A stretch of DNA of 61,648 nucleotides, the filler included, from Choristocarpus tenellus KU-1152 (lineage: Eukaryota > Protista > Phaeophyceae): assembly GCA_964200185.2 (NCBI GenBank). It is 9 parts of 9 records of this genome, joined end to end, with 100 filler letters (N's around TTAATTAATTAA, not from the genome) between each part and the next. Parts side by side here need not be neighbours in the genome. Positions count along the whole stretch, not along the records: positions 25,875 to 32,672 come from CAXNAD020007321.1; positions 32,773 to 41,699 come from CAXNAD020004186.1; 7 more parts are not named here. One strand, written 5' to 3'. The position numbers and the translations under genes are program-made. Positions 26,544 to 40,200 of this stretch are shown here, one piece after another; the stretch's first letter is position 1, and every line of letters begins with the position of its first letter. The notes below the pieces were generated by a model, which searched no databases, was not told the DNA's origin, and was given only the letters and a program-made list of their open reading frames with translations.

Positions 26544-27520
26544 GAAAAGGCCAAGAGTGCGTCAAAGGCAGCCCAAAGGGCGGCCAAAGCTCGGGCGTTA
26601 CCACCACCATCCCCTGTCGAGTTCGGAAACTCCGCGAAGGTTATTTCTCAGCTCGAGGATCAGGTGGGCAGAGAAGCATGGAGTTGAATTAAGGACAAAG
26701 GATCTTGCTATATTTTCCATTGAGCTCTATTTGACATGTCAGGTTTGGTGAGATTCGGTGACTTTGGGAATGGAGGCTACCAATAGGTACAGGACATTCC
26801 ATCTGATGATGCTGGTTTTTTATGATAACCCTCCATCCAGGAATTTCTTCAATGTCAATGAGGTAAGAGATAGCGAAGAATTGAGCTTGGGTGTAGCTAA
26901 CCTGTTAATATATGTTTAAGCTTCCAACATGTTGACTCTCATTGATAATTCTCATTACTGTATAACCCTTGCAGAAAGAATCATCAATCAGAAAAAAAAC
27001 ATTTTCTGGAGAGTATCGACAATTTGGTCGGTTTTACATGATATCGGCCGGGATGAAGTGATTTCTTCGTTGTTAAAAAAAAGCACTTGAAAAACGTAGC
27101 ACTGGGCTGATCAGGCATAATACTACCTGAATCCTCTTGTATTCCAAATTATTTTGAAGCAGCATCTTAGGTAATCCACCAGGCAAATATTTTAGTCAGA
27201 ACACTCTAATGGAGGCAGAACAGAGCCTGCTAGTGATAAGGATTTGAGCTTGTAGCTGCACTTCCTGGGAGAAACACTTGTTTGCATTGTTGTCTGCATG
27301 TTTTGACTGGGCGTTATAACATTTCTATGATCCATCCTAACCGGGGTACCCCATTTCATGCTCCTCCATTTATATATGTCACTCCTTAACATTGTGTCTC
27401 ATCTTATAGGTCAAGCAGTTGGAAGGCAAGTGCAGGGAACAGGTGGACTACATTGCACAGATGGAGGCGTATGCGAACAGCCTAGAGGCCAACAACTCAC
27501 AGCTGCTGAGCCAGGCTCAG
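26544..27520 (+). CDS. Internal exons (26544-26663, 27410-27520) of an unidentified coiled-coil protein; possible further micro-exon 32039-32062
   Basis: AG/GT-bounded phase-0 exons giving EKAKSASKAAQRAAK...VISQLEDQVKQLEGKCREQVDYIAQMEAYANSLEANNSQLLSQAQ. Confidence 0.65.
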
Positions 27521-27899
27521 GTAAGGCCGGCTCAGGCCAGAAGGGGCAGGAGGGAAATAGATGAGCGAGGGAGGAAGGGTGTCCGCAGGTAGATCTTGAC
27601 TACCCCTTTCTTTGCAAGCGAAGCACTTTCATCATCAGTACTACTTGTTGTCACAAGTCCTTTGTACTTGGTGTGCCTCTCCCTAGTTTTTATCAACCTC
27701 TTATCTTCCACCAGCTGTGGCTTACCATCAAGAACAAGAGTTGCCATACTGCTTCCATCTGAGGTCAGTCTCCTTCCCCATGATCAAATGGAGCTTTGCA
27801 GCACACTAGTGGTTATTGATTCCTATGAATGACAATCATCACAACCCCATCGCATTTTATACTCACTGCCTGAATTCTTGATTGGTGCGAACTGAGAGG

Positions 27900-30800
27900 A
27901 TCACAGGGAAATAACCCATTCGAAGGGTCTTACGGCCCAGTAGAGAATCCTGTTGTAGGGGAAGGAATTGAGGACGCAAATGGAGGTGCAGTGGGAGGTG
28001 TCAATTGCATCAAGGAGGGGCAAGGCAGCATGGTGATGCATGAAGCCGGTGCGCAGGGGGAGGAGAGAGTCCAGAGCTAAATAGTGGAGAAAGGTGGACA
28101 AAAGGGATCACGGATTGGAGGGTTGGTGAGGAGATCTATATCGTGTGGACCTGCAAGTAATTGAGGTTTGAATGAAGGAAAGGAGGAGAACTTGACTACA
28201 ATGGAGTCTAATGTCTGGAATGTGATAACAGTCAACTGTTGTACATGTGCAGCAGAGATTTTGCTAGTAATCAACTTGGTTGAGAAGGTATAGTTTCTCG
28301 AATTCTTTGAGGGAAGAAACATGCAAGTATCTTGGAAGTACTACATGGCACCAACAACATTTCGTGATTCAGGATAATCGTTTTGATGAGTTCTTTCGCT
28401 CAAGGGATCATCCTCATTGGCATTCCGCTCTACGAAAATACATCAAGCATTTCGCAGGACATATGACCCCTACTTAAGGCTCCTTCAGAGATCCTGAGTA
28501 TAATCGATAAGGGGTATTCTCTGCAATAGGAGGTTACTACTCTATCATCTCTCCAGCTCCATTCCCTCTGATTGAAGAAAGAGTGTACCTGAAGATAATG
28601 AGTTGGAGATTGGCAAGGCCAAGTCAAACTTTACTATAGCTTTGTAAATATAGGTGTGGACGGTAGGGTGCAGCGCATCCTTTATAGAAGACTTGTAGAG
28701 GTTGAGTCCCTTCTAAAGATGCAGGCTGCTGGAATCTGAGGGTATGGTAGTTCCAGTGTTGCCTGTGGAAGGTTTATTCGTGAATTGAGCAGCATGCAAG
28801 CACTCCTGGCATGAACATTCAGCATGCCACACAGCATCTAGTCCCCTCTCCAGACCTCTGTTAGAATAGAAAACCCTCGTTCATGGGGAAGTATGGAAGG
28901 CATGGCCTGGACTGATACCATTTGCACAGAGGTTGCGGTGTTGATCAAAGATCAACGCCCTTTTAGAACATGTTTGGACGGTGGAATTCCTCTAGCTATC
29001 ACAGGGTAGAAATCGAATCAGCATGAACTATGCGTGTGGTAGTGCATGGCATAGTGATGGGACGAAAAAGAAGGACTGGTACAATAGAGAATAGGATATA
29101 TGAGGTACAATGGTGTGGATGCCACTTGTAGTGAGTGGTTACTCTTGTGTGAAAGAAATTTTTGTAGAAGACTGATATTTTTTAGGTTGAGCAAATACAG
29201 CTGTGTTGACCAGAATGAGATATTAGCGTGGGACATAAATTGGTAGAGGAAACTTCTCTTGGGATTTTAGCTTTGGAGTGTGACAGGAACGCTCGCGGTG
29301 GTGATTGTCAGGTACTCCCTTAGATGTTATCGACACATTGGCAATGAGTAAAAGATGGCAGGGATGCCCTCATGAATGAAAGGAGTCAACATCTCTTCCC
29401 CAGTGTGGTAGCTTTTCAACCGCAAAAAAGATCAATTCATGTATATTCCTAAGTCTTGAGATGCAACAGCTTCCTCATTAATGGTTTGAGTTGGATGAAG
29501 AACAGCACCATATGTAGGATAGAAGCTTCTTATATTTGAAAAAACAGTTTTGCACATCTGAAAAGATAACTAATATTCTTCAAGACCAATTGAGGTTTGT
29601 TTTGGGTCCGTTCCAACCCTCGTTCTTGATGATGACCAACGGTTACTACTATATTGCTCAGCACTTCATTGGTGTTGTGAAGATGTGGGACCTACACGCA
29701 AGTTAGCTAATTCCCCTGCAAGACTCCCCAGGATGCGGGTTGCACCGGCATAATATTGGAGGTGTGCTCAGGTACTGTACTGCAACTTCACTGAGTGTGA
29801 ATAGTTCAATTCCCACTTCCTTGTGGCTGCTCCAACTAATGTCTACCAATGTACAATTTCTTAATACTGGTATTTCAACTTGATTCAATGACTTTATACT
29901 GACCTAAAATGTCAAATACGTAAGGCCACCCCTCCTAAGTGTGGGTATGTAGATTAGCTTTCTTGTGCACAGGGCACAACCGAGAACATTCCTTATATGT
30001 ATGCCGCCAGCGCACTGCCAATGAGATTATGTGCATTCTCCTTCATGCACACTACTGGTGCAAAAGAAAGGCACCATGAAAAAAGGTGTTCCAAATCATA
30101 GGTAGGTGCTTACATATATGAGTCATGATAGTTTGTTATGTATATGTGAACATTTTTTACGCAATCCATGCATAAGTGTGTGTATGCATATTCAACATCT
30201 TACAGGTAGTAAGTGGGTGATGGGCTCAGCAAATAGCTCTTACGGACAAAGTACCCCAACAAGAAAATTTTCCTCTCCTCAATTCATCTCCTCTCTGTGC
30301 ACCACGGAAGATATACCTACTCCTTAACCTGTCCTCAGTATTATCCGTTGGATAACCACTGACCCTCCCCACAACTTCTTTCTTGATCAGCAATTTGGTA
30401 CTGGTCCTACATCTATGCTGATGCCGTAGCTATAGCTAAATTAGAGTACTTCAGGGTATGAGTGGTGGTCTTTTTGATACCTATTGATGCTACTGCTACT
30501 GCCTCCTTTGTCGAACCAAACAATGTGTCCCAGCGATGCTTGAAGCAGTAATATTCAAAGGTAAACCGCGTGTTGCTGATAGGTTAACGTTTTGAATCAC
30601 ACACATTGCTCTCTCCACTGAGTGTTGGTGAATACCTGGCCACCGTTTAGTAACCTGAAGAATGCATCAATGGATTTTGAAGCACAGTATGGAATGTTGT
30701 GCAGAACGTCAAATGCAGGGAACAAGAGATAAAGGAAGAGAGAGGAATATGGGTGGGCATTACGAAATTGTTACAGGGTAGGTGTAGGGGATCAAGCGCA

Positions 30801-31500
30801 GTGGACTTGGGATTATGTTTTAGTAGGGGATTCAAAAATTGTCTTCCTGGGTAGGACATATTTTGAGCCGATCTTGGGGTATGACACACTGCTTTGTTCC
30901 TAACCTAGGTAACTGGATCATCTTATTGGGTTTGATACGAAGGATGAGGTGTCATTTCTAGTTTGATTATGTCAACTGCAGACTGCCCTAAACATGGCAT
31001 GTGACCCATTCTAGGCCATTAATACACGCTGTATTCCAGACCCACAACTGATGTACTCTAGGGTATTGGTTATCTATGTTACCCTACGCACTAATGTCCC
31101 ATCCAAAAATCACCTACATCTTGATCAGAATATGATAGCTTCATAGTGATGGCGACACTGCACAATGACCTGGTGTCAAGTCAACTCTAGATTGACATCT
31201 TTGCTGCTTCACAATATTCATGGTGGTAATATGGAGAAATTCACTCTTCTGAGAACTGAATGGAGCACCAATAAAAAGTGCTCTCCTACCGGAGCCAGCT
31301 ATGAATGGTTAATGTTGAGGTCATACCCTTCTACTACATGAACGGTTTTTGGATCCCAAGTGAGACTATCTTTCCCTCCTACCTCTTACCCTCGAGAATG
31401 CTGGGATGCCAATCCGTATGTTAAAAGTGAAATATATGCATGAGGTTCATACTTGGCAAACATTGATTTCACCAATCAATCGGTTTCATATGCAAAAAGA
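27900..31500 (-). mobile_element. Heavily decayed, probable non-LTR retrotransposon in an intron
   Basis: CpG-poor block without exon signals; RT-like remnants in order on the minus strand: PHPGESCRGIS (like YRPISL) at ~29710 and YLSDVQNCFSNI (like DxxNAF) at ~29540. Confidence 0.35.
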
Positions 31501-31530
31501 AACAAGTCTAGAAACATGTTTCTTATATTT

Positions 31531-31787
31531 GACCCAAATCATCTAAGAGGGTAGGAGTTTTGCCCTGTTTGCTTGTTTGGGGCTTGATTTCCCATGGGAT
31601 ATTTATGCCCCTTTTCGGTTTTTGAAACATTCGGAGTAGGTAAAATGTGCACGACTTTGAAACGTGTGTCTGGAGCAAGGATATTGACACTTTCTAACAA
31701 ACACAATAACAGAAACAGAACCCCAGATGACAGCAGTGAAGCACCCAATGCTAAAATGCCACCCTCTGGCGTCTGCGATACTTTGGC
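31531..31787 (-). mobile_element. MITE family A, diverged copy (partial copies also at 32562-32672, 45801-45973, 50107-50150, 54827-54998, 61588-61617)
   Basis: Matches family A internal sequence and TIRs. Confidence 0.75.
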
Positions 31788-33314
31788 CAGTACAATAGTA
31801 AGGAAAAACGTAAGATGACTTAACACATGTTTCTTATGAGGGTCATGTTTGTATTTTGAGAAAATTATTTCCACAAGCGCTCCCAGGGTCGAGTTTTTAA
31901 GTGTTATGATAGTGATGCTATTTCGCCCAAGGGCAGGTTTTTCTCAATTTTCCAACCCAGGCTTTCAATGACTTTATCTCCCAAGCATGAATACTTGAAT
32001 CACCTCTTCACCATTCGCGACTTGATCTTTTGACGCAGACGAGCCTTGAGGTCTTGCTGATGGTACAGGAATGACTTTAGCTTGCCAAAGTAGTGCTTGG
32101 CCCTCCATCCAGAGAGCCATGATTCCAGGTCATGAGTAACAGCCCTTGACCACTTGGGATTCATGAAGGGTAGCACCTGATGTACAATGGAGGGATGTGG
32201 GCAGGTGTAGGGGAAAAGGAGAGGGAGGGAGAAGATTGCAGGAGACAGAGAAATTCATGAAAATCTGTTTAGGACGTGAAGAGTACATAGGAAGAACATG
32301 TGTATTGGGAAAAAACGAGTATTGGAAGCTTTGCATCTTATACTCCCCAGAGAGTACATAATATTTTTGTGTATATTTGTGGGGGGGCAAGATAAAACAA
32401 GAGGGGCAGAAGCAAATTCTAGCTGTTCCCTGGTGAAACTGTTTCTGTGAAGAAGTGGTGTAGATGCTGATAATGGAGGCTCAAGAAAGATATGTACTAA
32501 TAATGGGTTTGCCAAGCGACAAAGAAAACAAGGAACAGGTAACCCAAAGCATTAAAGAGGAGAGCCAAAGTATCTTAGAGGGTAGAGCCGTGTCCATTTG
32601 GGGATCAAATCCGATATTGCGATTTTGACATAATTTTGACTGTTGTGTTTGTTAGGAAGTGTCAATACCCATNNNNNNNNNNNNNNNNNNNNNNNNNNNN
32701 NNNNNNNNNNNNNNNNTTAATTAATTAANNNNNNNNNNNNNNNNNNNNNNNNNNNNNNNNNNNNNNNNNNNNAAAAACAAGTCCCCCCCCCCCCCCCCCC
32801 CCCGACTGCGAGAATGTAATGGCAGGCGTTGCATGCCAATCAACAAAAAAAATTGAATCGATGGCGAGGTAAGACATTGTCAGTTTCGCGTTTTTACTGT
32901 TGAGGCACTTCCATTTATTTTTTTTAAGAGTTGGAAAATGCCTTCAGATACATCGGCACTGAAAAATATAAATATGAACAATAATAATATTAATAAAATA
33001 ATAATAAAATGGAGTATTCGGTTTCGATACAAGAACAATTCGACTGCGAGGGAAACTGTAACCACTTTTTGTGATCAAAATAAAACATTCAAACAAAGTA
33101 ACAAAATACCGTTTCGAAGAGACCAGCAGCAAGTCAGACATGTCAAAATAACGCCTCCTAATCAACATGTCAAAATGCTGCATTTCTTTCCTCTTTTTTT
33201 TTTTTTTTCCATCCTCACTCTGCCGAACCTGGCCCCCTATGGCGACAAGTGATGCCTCTCCGCCAACATCCTCTATTCCCAGCACTGCGTATGAACCCTC
33301 ACCCTCACCCTCCT

Positions 33315-35305
33315 CTACTCACTCACCTCCTGAATCAAGGGGTCTGCGTCCACCGGAAGCGCGTCCTGTCCGAAGGCAAACTCGCAGGAAAGGTCCTCAA
33401 AGTTAGGGGTCATTCGAAGGGGCATGCCTTCATGTGACAACGGGATTAGGAAAGGGGTACAGCGAGAAAACGTATGTACGTGTAATGTAAAATAAAAAAA
33501 AGAAGCAATTGACACGGACTGGGTTTGAATCAGTCAGCACAAGGACAACAGACACACAGTGCTATTCAAGAAAGTGTCAAAATGTTGCTGAGGGTTTCAC
33601 CTCTGAAAAACTTGGCCCCAAGGGAGCGTGATATGGCTCTGCGATAGACTGGAGAGACTACACCACCAGTGGCTGCTCTTAGGTATTCACATGTCGGTCA
33701 ACAAGGTTTACTGGGATAGACTGAAGTATGGTGTCTACAGCACCAACAGAAGAAAATGGTGATTGGATCTGCACAAAACGTCGGCAGGAGGTAGTCAAGA
33801 CTTACAAGTCCTGTCAGCCATAGCAACGGAGGAAGGCTTAGCCTCAGATCGCTTTGTTTTTGTTTGTTTTATTACAAAAATACTTTCAAGTAGAAAAGGC
33901 GGTGGTTGTACACACACATTCTTGTGGGTAACACATCAACAGGATGGAGGCTGAAGAAGGCCTTCACCAATCAGGTGACAACGGCTTTTAATCAATCAAC
34001 CCAAAATACTGGCTTTCGTACGCCATTGGACGAGGTGATGCACCACACTATTGAAGATCAGCCATCTTATTGCAGGCAAAACACCCACATCATCTCACGA
34101 GGGGGGGAGGGGGAGAGAGGGACACAGTAAAAAAAAGAAAGAATAATGTTTGCTATATTGACAACAGCTTTGAAGAGCGCCGTAAGAAAACTCCCAACAG
34201 TTACACTTGTAATTTTTCTTAGCAGTTATGGTTCTGTGATTTTGATTTTGCCTGAGAGTTAGCTATGCAGCAAAAGGGAGGGGAGAGGGGGGTGTTCGAT
34301 GGGTTGAGAAAGTTCAGTACAGTTGGTGCCAAACGGTCTTTCTGTCTCCAACTGCGGTGTTTCACACATAGCAGGGGTTGTCTCAACTCGCACCTCTGCT
34401 TCTAAATGCAGAATTAGTTGTAGTGCCTCTTACCCATGTCCTCCTTGAAGAATGTTTCAGTGGGCACCTTGCACAGGTTCATGCAGGTACCCTTGCAGCG
34501 GCTTGCCTCCAGGTAACGGCAACGCTCCACCTTCACCGTGTTGCGCCAAATTTCCTTATGAACGCTACCATCCTTTCCCTTTCACCCCAGATAAGATCAA
34601 AGTGAGTACGGAGATAGCATGCCTTTATATATTTGCAAAGATGTGATGATGCGCATTCGCACTGGAGAATGTTCATTCCAGTCTGCTGAAAAATGGCTGG
34701 AGGATACATTGGGTTTTGCAATGCTTATGTATGTGCTCGACTAGATTACAGTAACAGCAAGCAACCCACTCTTCATGCTTGTGATGATCAACGCTCTCTA
34801 GCACTGACAGAAAGTATAAATTTATAATTTTCACTCAAGCTGAAATATTTGGTGCGGTCAGGAGGTTTCCAAGAAATTTGTTGGAAATGGGACATGCACC
34901 CTAATATACAGCTTAGAGAGGGAGGGATGCAGGAGTGTGATGCCTCAGCTTCTTCACAGAAAAATAATTCCGCCCAACTGTTATCTAGACTATGATGCTT
35001 TCAACATAGGTTTACACTAGAGATTTGAACGATTTCAGCACCTTGATGCAAACCTTATCAGCCTTCATAGAACTGGCTGTGTAACTAAACCAGGTCCACA
35101 TCCATCATCAGAGCTCAAACAAAACCCCCGTTGCAACAAATAACAACGCCTTCTATTGTGTGGCAAAAGAGGGTGATGTGTACAGTTGCTCTACCCAAAG
35201 ATGTATGTACTATATCCTTCATAAAACACTTTAGAGACCCAAGAACTGAGAGTTTCAACCTCCAGTCATCCACAGCACCCTGAGGAAAGCGGTAACCTAC
35301 AATTG

Positions 35306-35340
<35 letters not shown>

Positions 35341-36821
35341 CCCCTCACTTCACAGTTGCAAAGTTGCTCAAAACCCCCCAACAGAGTGAAAGGTATAATC
35401 TCCCTATTGTGCTTGTTCATATCCCTTCATCTGACCTTCACCTCCACCTCGCCCTCCACAAGCTTTGACTTCCCCACCAACCATGTGAAGAGAGGAGGAC
35501 ACATGAAGGCATTTACTTCTGATGAGAACTGGCAGTGTCGAATTGCATGGTAAAAGACAGTTAGTTGGCAAGTAGATGATTCACAATTGCAGAAACTTCT
35601 TGTACTGCATTCAGTAGTGACTGCAATACTGAGGGGCAGCTCCTGACCAATTTGCTGTTAAAGCTCTCCAATATCTATCACCCCTTCCTTTTCCTATCCT
35701 TACTCTTCTGAAATTTCAGTTGGTGCAACATATTGTAGATGCTCACCTTCCCTACCGGGAAGAGGAGGCGATAGAAGCTTGGAAACCATGCTGGGAATAT
35801 AGATCGAAGGACACCTCTGACCACCTCTCGCTGATGCTCGGGTGGTCCCTTCTGCAGCTGAATAGCAAGGTCCACGTAATCATCGTACGTTGGACGCTTC
35901 ACAATTTCTTCTCCTACATCGACTCCTGCCACTGCGGCTGCCTGTGCCTTACCTGACCTACCAAAACCAACCCATCGCCTGTTGTTAGATCCTTCGCTTG
36001 AGGCGTTTGGGAGCTGTGTATTATCTTTAGAAACTGCCCCCCGCTTATGCATATGTTCCTTCTTCAACCCCTTTCCGTCTATCGTAGGTTGGCTGACGAG
36101 CGCGACCTCACATAGGCTTGGTTGTGTGGTGGGTTCTTCGCCCAATCCATTACCTGGCTCCTCCTCGTTGGTCTCGCTTACGCTGAGGGCCTCTGATATC
36201 CGTCTGCAGAAGAGGCCTATCCACATCAAGTCCAGCCAAGTATCTTTATAGTTATTATTTGGGACAGCGAATGGGTTTGCCTTCCCCATCTTCTCCTTAG
36301 CTATTGATGTCATTGTTGGGGCTGGGAGACTCTCAGATGAGATGAGCCATGTCGCAGGCTGTGGGTGAGTATGGACCGAAGAAGTTAGACTTTAAATTAG
36401 GAGCAGGAGACAGAAATGATTGGGAACTGATATTAAGTGACATGGATTTAGATCGGTAATGCTGCAGGGTCATGATAGGCAACTTCAAGTTTGGCCACTT
36501 GGACCTAATAACCACCTGAGGGAGGTCTGTTGGAATGCCCAAGTCCGGACGCTCGACCGTTGCTGCCCATTGCAGGAGCTCTTCTTCTACTACATCACAC
36601 CCAATATATATATCTAGTGCATCATTGTCCACTGCATGAATATGCTCTAAGGCGGTTTCCTCTCTACCCACCCCCACTTGTCCTGTTTGTCGAACATCCG
36701 ACGAGTATCTCGTCAGGCAGGGAGTCTGATGTCGCGCTAAGAGGGGAGTGACGAATGCTCTGACAACGTTTGGAAACCAAACATAAATTAACAGCACAAC
36801 CGACAAGCATAAGGCTCGCAT
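33315..36821 (-). CDS. D27: Plastid-targeted beta-carotene isomerase D27-like protein (DUF4033). Exons 36821-36516, 36358-35747, 35528-35436, 34578-34434, 33427-33327; true last exon uncertain
   Basis: YKDTWLD, FTWLVG, VKVERCRYLEASRCKGTCMNLCKVPTETFF and GMPLRMTPNFEDLSCEFAFG motifs; signal peptide ending VRA-F. Confidence 0.88.
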
Positions 36822-37236
36822 TCTCGCGGGATAGTGCGATACCCCACTTTACCGAGGTCGAAATCAGCTGGTAGTGCCAGGTCAGGAACCATGTAACGGT
36901 TATGTCTTCGAAGGCATTCTTGTTTCAATCCGTTAACGGCAATTTGCTAGTGTTCAATTTCAAATTTAGAAGAGGTTGAGGGGAAGCACTGACTGTGATC
37001 AGAGGCTTTTAGCAGAATTCTTCCTCTTTTGCAACTCTAGAGTTCAATACTCATTCGATAACAAACATTCAATCAATGATAATTACATTCCAGGGGGTTG
37101 ATTTCCGCTGGATTGATCTGCCTTCCTTTATTGGCAGATTCAAACCATGATTTACTGAACTCCCTCGCAACCTTATTGCAACACAACAAAGGATACCGTT
37201 GGATAATTCCCACGCCGTGAGAGCATAGGTGAGGCA

Positions 37237-40200
37237 ATGTATGTTGTAACAGACCAAAGCCTGATCCAATCGGTGAACGGGGCCATTGGTAGAGATACGG
37301 AAGAAGCTAGGGACGGTGCAGGTCAAGGAGAGGATGTGGTTCGTCCAGGTCGGCAACATCTCAACCTCATGCATGAGGGGATTTCATCACTTTCACTGGT
37401 GGACTTTCGGGCTCGTGGTGCTGATCCGTCAACATTGCTGTCTCTAAGTCTTCATAGCAACAGGGTATCCTCTACCGAGGGCTTAGCCCATCTGACAGTG
37501 AGTGCAGGTAGAGGGCACCGCCCTCGTCAGAAGGCAATGGGGCGACTTTTAATCGACGCAACACCATCTTGTTCTTTTTCGTTGCAAGCCTCCTTATCGT
37601 AATGAGGGTGTTGTTTTATTCATGTCTCGGTAATATGTTCGAACGCATTGAGTTTTTTGTTCGATCCGGCCCCACTTTTCCCATCCCACACTGTTTACCC
37701 AATTCCTCTGCACATCACCCTCCGCCCAGACCCTCAAGTCCCTCAATCTATCCTCTAATGAGCTGGATGGGACGGCGATCCGATTGTGCGCACCGCACCT
37801 GGGGGTGCTTACCTTCTTAGAGACTCTCGATCTCTCCTGCAACAGAATAAACTCGCTCCTAGGGCTGCCTTGCCTGCCACATCTACAGAGGCTGCTTTTG
37901 CCGTACAACCGTTTGTCATCATTGGACGGTGTGCAGGTGATCCTTATTCAACGTCACAACCTCACCTTTATTGTGCGGATTTTATTTTGCCCATGCATTT
38001 ACGGAATCATGTATCAATATAAGATGTATTTGACTCTGCTTCAGTAACACTCTCATACCTTTCGAATGGAGTCTGGTCTAGCTTGGTGTTGAACATTGGC
38101 CTTTTCCATCTTATTGTTTTGTCCCAATAGATGCAGCTGACACCATATATGCAAGTGTGATGGGAGGTAAACTTCTTCACACAGATTTTTCATAGTTGTA
38201 TGCTGCTCCTGAGGTATTCCCCAGCTGTGTCTTTCATCGTATGGTTCCTTGATACAATCTCACTTGTTCCCACTCCCCACTACCCTCATACCTTGCCTGA
38301 ACCCCTTCCCCTAACCTGGATCGCTCCACTAATCTTTTCTGTGGGGTATTGAACAGTCTCTGGCATCTTCTTTGGTCTTCCTGGATGTGCGGGACAACCA
38401 CCTTAATGCCCCCGTTGAGACACATGCCCCCCATCTAGCGGCACTTGGGAATGTAACAGAGCTCCTCATGATGTCCCCACGAGGAGGGCAAGCTAATCCC
38501 CTGTGCTTCTCTGGAACTTATCGTGGAGGTATTTTTGCATCAATGCGATCCCTTGTCAAACTGGATGGGAGGAGCTGTGAAGACAGCAGGATGGGGCCAG
38601 ATCAACACGTGGAAGTGGATCTAACAGTGGATAAGGTCAGGAGGTGGGGAACAGGTGTGAAAGGGGAAGGATCTGAGCCAGGACTGGGGCAGGGGCAGAA
38701 CTATGGACAGAATGAATTATGTGTAGAGGTGGGACTACAGCCAGTACAAATGTCACGTAGAGATGCGCGAACGTTGACCTCAGTCAAGTGCAAGAAGAGT
38801 GACACCAACGGTGAGGGTGGTGCTATTTCTTCTGCCTTTAATGTCAAGCCTACTGTGCAGTGCAGGGGTGACAAAAGGACCAGCACATGCTGGAGATGTG
38901 ACGAGTTTGACGGCACAGGAAAAGGGGGTGAGAGTGATCACTGTTGCTCTCAGGGGGGAAGGGGAAGGGGAAGGGGAGGGAGTGACCGGGGAGGGGTCTT
39001 CATGCCCAGGTTTGATGAGGTGGCAGGGATGTATAGGCAGCGGCGACAACAACTCATGTGCCTGGAGGAGGAACTTGGGGTTGAGGATGAAGGCAGGGAA
39101 AGCGATCGAAATAAAGAGGAGTACAGTGAGAAGGATGGGGAGGCTGAGAGTGCCAGTGGGGAGAGTGTTGGTGAGAGTGGCCCACAGGAGCAGGGTCTGC
39201 TAGGGCGTCTGAAGTTGTTAGCACAAGAGGCACGCATAGAGGTGATGGAGAGCCGCCTGGACGACTTGCATGTGAGCACAGTGGACGCTTACCCAAGCTC
39301 TAGGCTAGTTTCCCCCACTCGCTGGTCTGTACCTAGTATGCACCTGCCGTGCTGACTGGAAGCAAGTACCTGATGACCTGCTATTGATTGCTTTACTCCC
39401 CCCTTTTCACTGGAGTACTATAGGTTTCAAGGCCAGAGAGAAGTGGTTTGTGTAGGAGATAAGCATGCACCTGTATCAAGTAGATGCTTCTTCTGTTGCT
39501 TCAGTGGTATGGTGATGGTCGTTATCTTCACGTTGAGTGGAGCACTTTCAAGAGTGTTCCAGTTCATTGTAATACTTGCAGTGCGGTGATTTGCTCGACA
39601 TTTTTCTAGGTGCTCAACTTCCTTGTGGTCTGGAGAAATTGGAAGAGTAGTTGAAGGTTGCTGGTGGACTCGACTATGCAATGAATTGTCCGATTCCCCT
39701 GAAAGAGTGGTGTTCCTCCTTGTTTTAGGAACATTGTGTATGTTTTTTGATTAAAAAAAAGGACATTTGTCAAGTGTAGTGACATTGTTCCGATTTTAAC
39801 AACACCTTTGATACCTCCACAGACCCGAATGAAAGTAGAACACCTTAATTTTTTTGTGCACACGCCCTACGCACTGAAAACCACGTCTCTTTTTTTTTTG
39901 AGATTTTACCTGTCCTCATATAGTGGACAGTTGAGGCGCCAAAAAATATTTGAATAGATTTTTTCATTCTTTTTTTGCTGTCGTATGCGTTTTTCAACTA
40001 CTTACACTGTAGGGTATAATACCCTAGAGCGATAAATCTGCGCCTATTTAAAATATAATTTCGGAGGTGACCTCCTTGTTGTGTTTGGTGAGTTTGCTGT
40101 CCATGCCACTCTCATGGAGCTGAAACGAATTACCTCTAACCCTCTTTTGAGATTTTTCAGTTGTATAAGGAGGGGGGGCCGGTTGCTTCCACTGCTGATT

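Noticed and set aside
34640-34812. Two GTGATGA...CTGA pairs in a D27 intron
   Set aside because: Antisense to the host gene, too short, and no rRNA complementarity seen
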